From the NCBI GenBank assembly GCA_964409335.1, contig CAYPCW010000002.1, forward strand, positions 26,637-90,636: a stretch of 64,000 bases of DNA, written 5' to 3'. Position numbers and translations under genes: made by a program. The notes beneath the pieces were generated by a model that worked only from the letters and a program-made list of their open reading frames with translations, ran no database searches and was not told the origin of the DNA. Shown here piece by piece: positions 27,795-36,708 of this stretch. Source of the DNA: an uncultured bacterium (GTDB lineage Bacteria > Fidelibacterota > Marinisomatia > SCGC-AAA003-L08 > JACNLC01). Every line of letters begins with the position of its first letter. The stretch's first letter is position 1.

Positions 27795-29312
27795 ATGAAC
27801 CATTCTGAAATTCAAGACACAGCCGCCGCCAACAATTTCAAAATTTCTTCCCAGGAGATATTGAACTATCTGACCGATATTATCGTTCTGTGCGATCCGG
27901 AATATACCATCAAGACAAGTAATCGATCGGCAAATGTGATCTATGGCGTGGGAGACTCTGTCGTCGGGGAGAAATGCTACGAGGTCATTCGGGGTAAGTC
28001 CGGTCCTTGCGAAGACTGCCCCTTGCAGGAGTCTATCCGTGACCGGCGATTGATCCCCATCGAAAACTATGATGAACGGATCGGGAAATACATGGAGGAG
28101 AAAACGCATCCGGTCATGGATCCTGAAGGGAAACTGGTGGGATTTGTGTTGGTGGTAAAGAATGTGACTCATGACAGGGAGATTAAAGACCTCTCTGTTC
28201 AGACAAAAAAATTATCCGCCATCGGACGGATCAGCGCCGGCGTCGCTCACGATTTTAATAATTTACTCCAGGTCGTCCTGGGACGGGTGAGGCTTCTTGA
28301 AAAACTGGTGAAGGATAAAAATATTATTGAACAATTGCGGATCATAGAATCAGCAGCCAATAACGGCGCTGCCACCGTAAAAAAAATGCAGGAATTCACC
28401 AGAATCAGCAAGGATGATCATTTGCTCCCGGTGAATATCAGCAATTTAATCAAAGATGCCGTTCAACTCACCAGTCACGAACTTCGGGAATTCAGCGAAC
28501 GAAACGGAATTCTGGTCCAAATCGTTGAGAATATTGACGATGACCTGTTTATAAAAGGAAACGGCACCGACCTGCAAAATGCCGTCACCAATATTATTTT
28601 TAATGCTGTCGATGCGATGCCTGATGGCGGCGTATTGTTCATCAAATTACATCTCGTTGAAGACACAGTTACGATTTCCTTTATTGATACCGGGATCGGA
28701 ATGACAGAGGAAACAAAAGAGCGAATATTTGATCCATTTTACTCAACGAAGGGGGTGGAAGGAAACGGTCTGGGGATGAGTGAGGTTTATGGGATTGTCA
28801 AACGATCCCAGGGTAAAATTTCCGTAATGAGTGAGCAGGGGAAAGGAAGTACCATTCTCATGGAATTCCCACAGACATCAGATCGGGATCAACCGGCGGA
28901 ACAACCGGTGATCGTCCCGAATGGATTATACCGGATTCTCGTCATCGACGATGAACAATTTGTTCTGAATGTCATTGAGGATTTACTCACCGATCTGGGA
29001 CACATGGTTTATGGATTCACATCCGCGAAACAAGCGTTGGAAAAATTGCATGAGACAGAATACGATCTGGTGATAACCGATTTAGGCATGCAGGAAATGA
29101 CCGGTAAAGAGGTCGCCGAAAACGTGAAACGATTCTCACCCCAACTGCCAGTGATTCTGTTATCAGGTTGGGAGGTAAATCTTCAGGAGGACATAGAACT
29201 GGGAAGTGTCGTGGATTTCAGTATCACCAAACCCTTTCAAATGGATACTATTCAGCAGACGATTCATAAAGCCATAACCAAATATCAGGATCGGGAAGAC
29301 CCTGAATTATAA
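27795..29312 (+). CDS. hybrid sensor histidine kinase (PAS-HisKA-HATPase-REC)
   Basis: The PAS-like N-terminus has a C-x10-C-x2-C motif. The H-box is AHDFNNLL, the N-box NIIFNAVDAM, G1 DTGIGM and G2 GNGLGM. The C-terminal receiver is intact (VIDDE, LVITDLGM, LLSGW, ITKPF). Confidence 0.9.
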   Translation: MNHSEIQDTAAANNFKISSQEILNYLTDIIVLCDPEYTIKTSNRSANVIYGVGDSVVGEKCYEVIRGKSGPCEDCPLQESIRDRRLIPIENYDERIGKYMEEKTHPVMDPEGKLVGFVLVVKNVTHDREIKDLSVQTKKLSAIGRISAGVAHDFNNLLQVVLGRVRLLEKLVKDKNIIEQLRIIESAANNGAATVKKMQEFTRISKDDHLLPVNISNLIKDAVQLTSHELREFSERNGILVQIVENIDDDLFIKGNGTDLQNAVTNIIFNAVDAMPDGGVLFIKLHLVEDTVTISFIDTGIGMTEETKERIFDPFYSTKGVEGNGLGMSEVYGIVKRSQGKISVMSEQGKGSTILMEFPQTSDRDQPAEQPVIVPNGLYRILVIDDEQFVLNVIEDLLTDLGHMVYGFTSAKQALEKLHETEYDLVITDLGMQEMTGKEVAENVKRFSPQLPVILLSGWEVNLQEDIELGSVVDFSITKPFQMDTIQQTIHKAITKYQDREDPEL

Positions 29313-29353
29313 ATTACCCGTTTTGGCGCTCACCATCAGATTAAAACACTACC

Positions 29354-30640
29354 ATGAAAAATAATCCCACACCCGAAAAAAAGCGGATATTGGCATTATT
29401 CAGCGAACATGTCTCAAAAGGTAAAGCCCGGTTTTTTCAAAAGTACCACATGAACTTTGTCATGGGTTCCCGTGAAGATGCCGTGATACGGGACATTGAC
29501 TCAACCCTTCAACTCATCAATTTACATTGCAATGGCGGCGTATTTAATCTGGGACATCGGAATCCGGAGATCATCGGCGAGTTGAAAGCTGCGTTGGAAG
29601 ACACCGATATCGGCAATCATCATCTGATGAGCAGGTATCGGGCAGAGCTTGCGGAAAAAATTGCCAACACCATGCCCGGAGATCTGAATATCACCATCTT
29701 TGGTGTCAGTGGCGGGGAAGCGGTGGATCTGGCGATAAAGACAGCCCGGGCGTATACTTCCCGAAAATCGATTATTTCCATAACCGGCGGTTATCATGGT
29801 CATACCGGGCTTGCCCTCTCCACGGGCGATCCGAACTATATAAAGCCATTCGGTTCCAGACTTCCCGGGTTTATCCAGGTGCCGTTTGAGGATATTGCAG
29901 CCCTGCAACAAGCCATTCAATCTGATGCTGCTGCGGCTGTCATCGTGGAAACCGTTCAGGCGACCGCGGGTATCCGGATTCCCTCAAAAGCATATCTGCA
30001 AATGGTTCGAAAGATCTGCGATCAAAACGGTGTATTATTGATCATGGATGAAATTCAGACCGGCCTTGGGCGCACCGGGAAATTGTGGGCATTTGAGTAT
30101 TTCGATATTATCCCGGATATGGTCGTACTGGGGAAAGGACTTTCAGGAGGGATTTATCCCATCTCGGCAACGGTACTTCGCAAGCCTGTCGGTGCCGTTT
30201 TTGACTCTCATCCATTCAGCCATATATCCACTTTTGGCGGCAGTGAATTAGGCTGCAGGGTCGCCGGCAAAGTCCTGGATATTTCCACCTCACCGGAATT
30301 TTTGCGCCATGTCCGTGATCTTGGGGACCGGTTTCGCACGGAACTCAACCGCTTGTGTCAAAAATACCCGCGATTTTTTGTGGAAATTCGCCAACTTGGT
30401 CTTATGATCGGATTGAAATTGAAAAATCAATCCGCCGGTCCGGCGCTGACAAAGGCCGCATATGACCACGGACTGCTGATCGTTTTTGCGAACAATGATC
30501 CGTCGGTTTGTCAATTCCTTCCACCCCTGACTCTGAAGACGGATATGATACCGGACATAATATCCAGACTCGATGCCTCATTGAATTCAGCGAGGAAATG
30601 GTCCACGGTACTGGAATTGAAAAGGAAACTAATAATCTGA
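29354..30640 (+). CDS. class III PLP-dependent aminotransferase family enzyme (aminotransferase or phospho-lyase type)
   Basis: 428 aa: GGYHGHT, LIMDEIQTGLGRTGKLWAFEYF, and the PLP-lysine context VLGKGLSGG. Confidence 0.85.
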   Translation: MKNNPTPEKKRILALFSEHVSKGKARFFQKYHMNFVMGSREDAVIRDIDSTLQLINLHCNGGVFNLGHRNPEIIGELKAALEDTDIGNHHLMSRYRAELAEKIANTMPGDLNITIFGVSGGEAVDLAIKTARAYTSRKSIISITGGYHGHTGLALSTGDPNYIKPFGSRLPGFIQVPFEDIAALQQAIQSDAAAAVIVETVQATAGIRIPSKAYLQMVRKICDQNGVLLIMDEIQTGLGRTGKLWAFEYFDIIPDMVVLGKGLSGGIYPISATVLRKPVGAVFDSHPFSHISTFGGSELGCRVAGKVLDISTSPEFLRHVRDLGDRFRTELNRLCQKYPRFFVEIRQLGLMIGLKLKNQSAGPALTKAAYDHGLLIVFANNDPSVCQFLPPLTLKTDMIPDIISRLDASLNSARKWSTVLELKRKLII

Positions 30641-30664
30641 ATTTTCGATTCCCATGGAAGTAAA

Positions 30665-31597
30665 TTGAATCATTCCCCCAACATTCAACAGGTATTGGAA
30701 TCTTTTGAAAAGCAACTTCTTCCTGCGGAATTTATCAGTGGTTTTTTCGGGGCGTCTGTAATTGGCTATGGAGAAATTTCATCCGTGCTGGCATTGCAGG
30801 ATCTACCGGGTCTTGCCCTGAAACGAATGCCCTTATTTACCTCGAGGGATGAGGCTGAACAATACATCCTGATTTACCATGACTATTGCCGGTTATTGAA
30901 AGAAGCGGGTATAGTCCTGCCCGAAGATTCCACCTTCATTCTTGAAATCCCGGGTCGTCCGGTGGTGTTATACCTTCAGCAACGGGTGTTTGCCTCAGAA
31001 AAATTTGTCCATCATCTAATCCGTCAATGGTCTGAAGATCATATTAGGATTGTGTTCGAACGAATTCTCAACCACATTCAGCTCGTCTGGCATTTCTCTG
31101 AGAATCGGGCGCCGGGACTTCGGATTGCTTTAGATGCCCAACTGTCCAACTGGGTCGTCGAAGGCGATGCGGGGAACGGCGTTATTTATTATGTTGATAC
31201 CAGTACACCTTTGTATCAGGTTGAGGGTAGAGAACAATTAAATCCGGAACTGTTTCTGAAAAGTGCGATGCCGGGATTGAGATGGGTCATTCGTAAATTC
31301 TTTATCACCAATGTGATCAACAGATACTATGATAAACGATCGGTACTCATCGATCTGACTGCAAATCTGTATAAAGAACAATGTCCTCATTTAATCCCGA
31401 TCATGCTTAAATTGGCTAACGGTCTGCCCGGACTTTCTCATACCCCAATATACGCTGATGAGGTCAAATCATATTATAATGAAGATAGGCGGATCTGGGA
31501 AATAGTACAGTTTTCCCGAAAACTCCATCGGTGGGGGGTAACGAAACTAAAAAGAGGGAGATATGAATTTATTTTACCAGGAACCATACACCGATAA
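30665..31597 (+). CDS. orphan protein with protein-kinase-like motif series (atypical kinase-fold candidate)
   Basis: 310 aa with a TTG start. In kinase order it has a Gly-rich loop IGYGEISSV (GxGxxSxV), a beta3-type Lys in LALKRM and an acidic helix DEAEQY. These are followed by a D-x4-N catalytic-loop-like LDAQLSNW and a metal-binding-like YYVDTS. Confidence 0.4.
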   Translation: MNHSPNIQQVLESFEKQLLPAEFISGFFGASVIGYGEISSVLALQDLPGLALKRMPLFTSRDEAEQYILIYHDYCRLLKEAGIVLPEDSTFILEIPGRPVVLYLQQRVFASEKFVHHLIRQWSEDHIRIVFERILNHIQLVWHFSENRAPGLRIALDAQLSNWVVEGDAGNGVIYYVDTSTPLYQVEGREQLNPELFLKSAMPGLRWVIRKFFITNVINRYYDKRSVLIDLTANLYKEQCPHLIPIMLKLANGLPGLSHTPIYADEVKSYYNEDRRIWEIVQFSRKLHRWGVTKLKRGRYEFILPGTIHR

Positions 31598-31608
31598 TTC
31601 CGGAGCAT

Positions 31609-32937
31609 TTGATGTGTGATACATTTGTAGTGCTGCCCGAAAACACCGAAAACGGGTCGATTATTTTTGGGAAGAACAGTGACCGGGAGCCAAACGAGGC
31701 TCAGTCCGTCGAGACCCATCCGGCGAAAGATTACCCGCCAGGTGAGCCGTTGGAATGTTCATACCTGACCATCCCGCAGGTAAACCATACCCATCGCATT
31801 CTCATCAGCCGGCCCTTCTGGATGTGGGGTGCGGAAATGGGCGTGAATGAGCATGGGGTAGTCATCGGAAATGAGGCTGTTTTTACGCGGATTCCCTGTC
31901 ATATCAAAACCGGGTTGACGGGCATGGATCTCCTTCGCCTCGCTCTGGAACGTACAGATACCGCCAGATCGGCAATGAACATGATCACCCATCTGATTGG
32001 TGAGTACAACCAGGGCGGCAACTGCGGGTACACCAGTAATTTATTCTACCACAACAGTTTCATACTCGCCGACTATTCAGAAGCCTGGATTCTTGAAACG
32101 GCAGGTAAATACTGGGCTGCAAAGAAAGTGTCAGGATATCAGGCAATCAGTAACCGCCTGTCTATCACGAGGGATTTTGATCTGATCCATCCCGAGGCAA
32201 TTTCCTATGCGGTCGCCAGAGGTTGGATAAAATCGACAAAAGACTTCAATTTTGCAAAATGTCTTTCTGAACCCGTGTACACCCGTCTCACCGGGTCCCG
32301 CACACGATTGGATACCGCACAATGTTTGCTGAAGGATACTATCGGAAATTTCACAATCAGCACGGCGATGGCACACCTCCGCAGCCACGGAAGCGACCCA
32401 TACGATCCCAAAGGACAACCCTTGATGGACAGCATTTGCGCGCACTCTGCAAATCCGGTAACCCGGCACGCCGCTCAAACCTGTAACTCAATGATCGTGG
32501 AGTTAAAAGATGGTTTGATGACCATCTGGACAACGATGACGGCTGCCCCCTGTACATCTGTATACAAACCCCTTTGGCTCGAAGCAGTGCCGGATCAGAT
32601 CCTGAAGGATACGGCTGCCGCACATTTTTCAGGTGATTCACTATGGTGGCGGCATGAAAAACTGCACCGCGCTATACTGCTTGATTATCGTCGCCGGATC
32701 ACCCCGGTGATCGACAAGTTCCAGGCCATGGAAAAAAAATGGATGTCCCGGATCAGCCCTTATATGTCATCCACCGAAAAAATGACTCTTTCAACGCATG
32801 CCATAGAGGAAACCCGGCAGACCACCGGAACACTCACTGAAAAGTTGGAATCGGAACCCAAAAAACGATATCCCGGGATCGTGTACCGGTCATATTGGTC
32901 CAGGCAAAACAAAGCAGCGGGTCTGTTGATACGGTGA
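31609..32937 (+). CDS. secernin-like / C69-family N-terminal-nucleophile (Cys) hydrolase
   Basis: 442 aa starting MCDTFVVLPENTENGSIIFGKNSDREPNEAQ. Cys2 follows the initiator Met and the GKNSDR-x-PNE string matches the secernin/C69 Ntn signature. Confidence 0.75.
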   Translation: MMCDTFVVLPENTENGSIIFGKNSDREPNEAQSVETHPAKDYPPGEPLECSYLTIPQVNHTHRILISRPFWMWGAEMGVNEHGVVIGNEAVFTRIPCHIKTGLTGMDLLRLALERTDTARSAMNMITHLIGEYNQGGNCGYTSNLFYHNSFILADYSEAWILETAGKYWAAKKVSGYQAISNRLSITRDFDLIHPEAISYAVARGWIKSTKDFNFAKCLSEPVYTRLTGSRTRLDTAQCLLKDTIGNFTISTAMAHLRSHGSDPYDPKGQPLMDSICAHSANPVTRHAAQTCNSMIVELKDGLMTIWTTMTAAPCTSVYKPLWLEAVPDQILKDTAAAHFSGDSLWWRHEKLHRAILLDYRRRITPVIDKFQAMEKKWMSRISPYMSSTEKMTLSTHAIEETRQTTGTLTEKLESEPKKRYPGIVYRSYWSRQNKAAGLLIR

Positions 32938-34562
32938 AATGCAGATTCGACAAATTTCTTATCCTTCTTTCCATACTTTTTTATTCAGCTGATATCGTAT
33001 TTAATCAGGTCGTCATTACTGAAGTTCTGTTTGATCCGGACTGTCCCCTTTCCAACCAGGAATTTGTAGAAATCCTCAATCTCGGACCCGATCCTGTGGA
33101 TATCACCGGTTGGAGGTTGGCGGATAATCATTCAACGGATGATCTTATATCAGATTTTTCATGGTTGGGCGTCGGTGAATACGGGGTGATCCTCGAACAG
33201 GATTATTCCGGATGTTTTGATAGTGTATTTCCCGATGAAGTCAATTTTATTTACGTGGATGATAACAGTATCGGAAACGGACTGGGAAATACCACAGACA
33301 TGGTTCAAATTATAAATGCAGAGGGAGATACGATTTCCATAATGAGTTGGACATCCGGCATTACCCACGGGCATTCTCTTGAGAAAGTCGTCCCGGAATA
33401 TGACAATTTATCCGGAAACTGGAGAGTCAGCATTGCCCCCCTTGGAACACCAGGCAGTGAAAACAGTGTCGCATCTCACCTGATCGATATCGGCGTCGAT
33501 TCTTTATGGATAGCGCCGGAGCATCCGGACGATGGGGAACCATTTGAGATTATGGCATCCATTACCAACTTCGGGCTCCTTCCATCTCAGACGCAAATCC
33601 GGGTAAATGATGAAACCGCTGCCTTCCTTTGGGTTGACTCGGTACAAACCATCGTGTCTCCGGTAATAATTACACACCGGGCTTCCGGCGTTCACCCCTT
33701 TATTGTCAGTACTCTGACGGAGGAGGATTACGACCCGGGCAACGATTCCCTTTCCATCCAGGTGATCGTTTCATATGAGTATGGAGACATGCTCATCAAT
33801 GAAATCATGTACGATGCGCTGATCGGCCAACCGGAATGGGTAGAGATCGTTAATGTTTCCCAATCCGCAATTTCATCCTCAGGATGGCGTATCAATGACC
33901 GGGACAACTTCCCTGCGGTGGGAATATCCGCGGCAGCCTCAATCCCTGTATTCGGTTTTGATGTTGTTTCGAAGGATTCGCTGTTTCCCGGGTCGGCGAT
34001 TCAAAGCAGTTTTCCGGTGTTGAATAATACGGAGGATCAGGTGTATTTATTCGATCCCTCCGGTAAGATGATCGACCATGTATTTTATCAATCCTGGTGG
34101 GGCGGGGGTGACGGATTCTCCCTTGAACGGATCACTCACTTCCTGGACTCAAATAATCCTGAAAACTGGGGAACGTGTGTTTCAGGTTCAGGGTCTACAT
34201 CCGGATACCAGAATGCGCTTTTCGTGGGTGAGATCATCTCAGAAGGGGTAATCACCGTAACCCCAAACCCATTTTCCCCGGATGATGATGGATTTGAGGA
34301 TGAGACGATCATTTCATTTCATGTTCCTTTTACCCAGGCGTATATTCATGCGGTGATATACGATGTTCGCGGACGGGAGATCGACACTTTATTTGACCAG
34401 ACATCTGCAGCCGAAGGAATTTTCAGATGGGACGGAAAAATGACAGACGGTTACCGTTGCAAAACAGGTCAGTATATCCTGGTCATGGAGGCGACGAATA
34501 GTTTTACGAGATCGGTTTGGAAGGGAAATTCCCGGATCATCATCGCCAGTCATTTGAAATAA
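32934..34562 (+). CDS. secreted protein with two lamin-tail (LTD) domains and a C-terminal FlgD-Ig/T9SS-like beta-sandwich
   Basis: Start trimmed to the GTG at 32934, a GTGA overlap with the upstream stop. This yields the signal peptide (M)KCRFDKFLILLSILFYSA. LTD strings are VVITEVLFDP...EFVEILN and MLINEIMYDA...EWVEIVN. The tail reads VTPNPFSPDDDGFEDETIISFHVP...GQYILVMEA. Confidence 0.7.
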   Translation: MKCRFDKFLILLSILFYSADIVFNQVVITEVLFDPDCPLSNQEFVEILNLGPDPVDITGWRLADNHSTDDLISDFSWLGVGEYGVILEQDYSGCFDSVFPDEVNFIYVDDNSIGNGLGNTTDMVQIINAEGDTISIMSWTSGITHGHSLEKVVPEYDNLSGNWRVSIAPLGTPGSENSVASHLIDIGVDSLWIAPEHPDDGEPFEIMASITNFGLLPSQTQIRVNDETAAFLWVDSVQTIVSPVIITHRASGVHPFIVSTLTEEDYDPGNDSLSIQVIVSYEYGDMLINEIMYDALIGQPEWVEIVNVSQSAISSSGWRINDRDNFPAVGISAAASIPVFGFDVVSKDSLFPGSAIQSSFPVLNNTEDQVYLFDPSGKMIDHVFYQSWWGGGDGFSLERITHFLDSNNPENWGTCVSGSGSTSGYQNALFVGEIISEGVITVTPNPFSPDDDGFEDETIISFHVPFTQAYIHAVIYDVRGREIDTLFDQTSAAEGIFRWDGKMTDGYRCKTGQYILVMEATNSFTRSVWKGNSRIIIASHLK

Positions 34563-34589
34563 AAAAGGGCATCATCGGATGCCTTTTTT
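34561..34589. terminator. bidirectional rho-independent terminator
   Basis: AAAAAA-GGCATC-ATCG-GATGCC-TTTTTT. The stem spans 34568-34583, flanked by an A-run and a T-run. It sits between convergent genes ending at 34562 (+) and 34605 (-). Confidence 0.8.
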
Positions 34590-34604
34590 GGGTAAACCGA
34601 AAAG

Positions 34605-35648
34605 TTATCTGAGCGAAAAGCTGACGCCAAGATTAAAGGCGTCATAATCGCCTTTGTTGTACTCACCCTGAAGGGAAAGGAACAATAATTTCATACGCAC
34701 ACCTGCAGTGATTCTGGATTCGTTAATGCCATCCATGGTGAATTGAATAGGCTCATCTTCCGTACTTTCCCCGGATTGCCAGATATAATTCACGTCAACG
34801 CTGGTGGTTTCAATGCCATATCCGCCATAGACCGTCAGGAATAACAGTTTTTTACTCATCTGTATATTGGTGATGGTATTTTCCATGGATATGATATCGC
34901 CAATGTCCAGATTGGTCAAATAATATCCGGCTGAAATTCTCGGCAGGATTCCGATATTAAAGGGAATGAATTGATTCAGTCCGATTTTACCGCCAAACCC
35001 CACCATTGAAACCTCCCCGATATTCTCAAGAGTAGTCTTGGGTAGCATGCGGACCATGACATCAATATCCAAAGGTAATCCGACGGATACCTGTGGAATA
35101 ACGGCCTCCATGGTATTGAAGTCAAATCCACCCGGCATGACGAGGGTAAGTTCTGACGCTATTGGACCGCTGAGTGCCTGGGCATCTGTATGGGGTATCG
35201 AAAATTGATCTTCCAATGCACCGGTTACATAATCCTGGTTGGGTGTGAAAGTCTTTGAGTCGGTGGATCCGAATATGGTGGATACGGTGCGGTCCTGTTG
35301 GTAAAGCATGTCGCCATCCAGTTGCAGATTCGAATTAATCCCCCCATAGGTGAACGGAATGTCAATCTGATCAGGAATATAAAACTCAAATGTCAGATCC
35401 CGGTCCGGTACAGGTACAAACGCAAGGTTTGCGGTGATATCGAATCCGAGAAATTTATGGGTTGCAGCCGTATAGAATGTGCCTGAATTCAAGGCAGTCC
35501 CGAACGACGAAACCAAAGGAAGTGAATATCCGCGGGCATTTTGCTCTCCCATATTTTGAATATTCGACAATAAATCTTCTGTAAATCCAGGCGTAAAAAG
35601 GCTGAAAATCGTTGCAAGTACTAACGATCTTTTAAATCGAATTAACAT
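34605..35648 (-). CDS. outer-membrane beta-barrel-like protein of unknown function
   Basis: 347 aa with a signal peptide (LVLATIFSLFTPGF). Amphipathic strand patterns alternate through to the C-terminal ...AFNLGVSFSLR. I could not name a family. Confidence 0.5.
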   Translation of the reverse strand: MLIRFKRSLVLATIFSLFTPGFTEDLLSNIQNMGEQNARGYSLPLVSSFGTALNSGTFYTAATHKFLGFDITANLAFVPVPDRDLTFEFYIPDQIDIPFTYGGINSNLQLDGDMLYQQDRTVSTIFGSTDSKTFTPNQDYVTGALEDQFSIPHTDAQALSGPIASELTLVMPGGFDFNTMEAVIPQVSVGLPLDIDVMVRMLPKTTLENIGEVSMVGFGGKIGLNQFIPFNIGILPRISAGYYLTNLDIGDIISMENTITNIQMSKKLLFLTVYGGYGIETTSVDVNYIWQSGESTEDEPIQFTMDGINESRITAGVRMKLLFLSLQGEYNKGDYDAFNLGVSFSLR

Positions 35649-35757
35649 TTTTTCTCCTTCGTTTTGATGTGTGTATTATTTATCGATTCTAATGCAGAAA
35701 ATTTATGACTCATATCCGTAATAACTACCAAAAATAAATTTTGGTCTTATCGTTTAC

Positions 35758-36708
35758 ATGAATACAAACCAGGATTCTGATCTGAAATTATCACCAGAAG
35801 ATGTCCTCCGGGATTTCCCCTGGATCATGGAGAAGGACCGCCTGTTTATCGCCTCTGCAGACTACGACGGTTTGATCTGTGCCGTGTATTTACACCATGT
35901 TTTACAGTGGCGGCTTGCGGGATTCTATGATCTGTCCACTATCTGGATTTCCCATGAGGGTACTCGAAACCGGGACAAGGTGATATGGGTGGATCTGAAT
36001 ATACTCCCCAGGCAGGGAAAAGCCATCGGCGGGCAGATCATCTCCATTGATGGCGAACTCCCCGCAGGATTCAGTTCGTCCTGCAATCCCAATATTTTGA
36101 TGAAATTAACGGCAGGAGATTTTCAAAAAAAATATCCTTTCTCAACGCTGCTCTTTTTATTCTGGCTGCATCGATATTTACCAACTCTCAATGATTTGTC
36201 CCGAATGTTGATCTTAAATAGCGATGCATCGTGGTTGAAATATCAGAATTATCCTGAAAATTCTAAACGGTGGATGACGATTTTAAGCGAATATTCCTGG
36301 GACGTCCTTTTTCACCGGGCTAACTCTGCCCGGTTTGAAAACAATATCTATTCGGGATTGTATCCGCATCTGAAAGAAACCGGAGCCGGTCTTACCCGGG
36401 GGAAACTATCCGGTAAGTTTAAAAATCGGGGTTCCTGCCAGATCCAAATAAATCCGGATTGGGACACGGATATCATCTATCGTTTGTTTGCCCTGATCGG
36501 CAACGCCACCGGATGGACACCTCCGGGACTGCCCCCATTTGAAAAAGTGATTGAAGGAAATCGCCACAAAATCAAATTAACCGCCGTTATGAAGGAAGGA
36601 CTGAATGCATTTTTAAAGGCAAACAAGGTATTTTCTTATGCGATAACATCCCCGGAAACGTTAAATTTTACATCATTCGAATCGGTAAAAGGATCCGTGA
36701 CCCAATAA
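35758..36708 (+). CDS. hypothetical protein, translationally juxtaposed to pabB
   Basis: 316 aa with no signal peptide. Its stop TAA abuts the pabB ATG (TAAATG). The only motif-level resemblance is a DHH/RecJ-like motif-I string, FIASADYDGLICA, which is weak. Confidence 0.5.
   Translation: MNTNQDSDLKLSPEDVLRDFPWIMEKDRLFIASADYDGLICAVYLHHVLQWRLAGFYDLSTIWISHEGTRNRDKVIWVDLNILPRQGKAIGGQIISIDGELPAGFSSSCNPNILMKLTAGDFQKKYPFSTLLFLFWLHRYLPTLNDLSRMLILNSDASWLKYQNYPENSKRWMTILSEYSWDVLFHRANSARFENNIYSGLYPHLKETGAGLTRGKLSGKFKNRGSCQIQINPDWDTDIIYRLFALIGNATGWTPPGLPPFEKVIEGNRHKIKLTAVMKEGLNAFLKANKVFSYAITSPETLNFTSFESVKGSVTQ

Noticed and set aside
35803-35900. Calling the 316-aa protein a DHH/RecJ-family phosphoesterase
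   Set aside because: Only a motif-I-like DYDG string is present. I could not find the DHH motif III or the GGGH motif, so the family call is unsupported.
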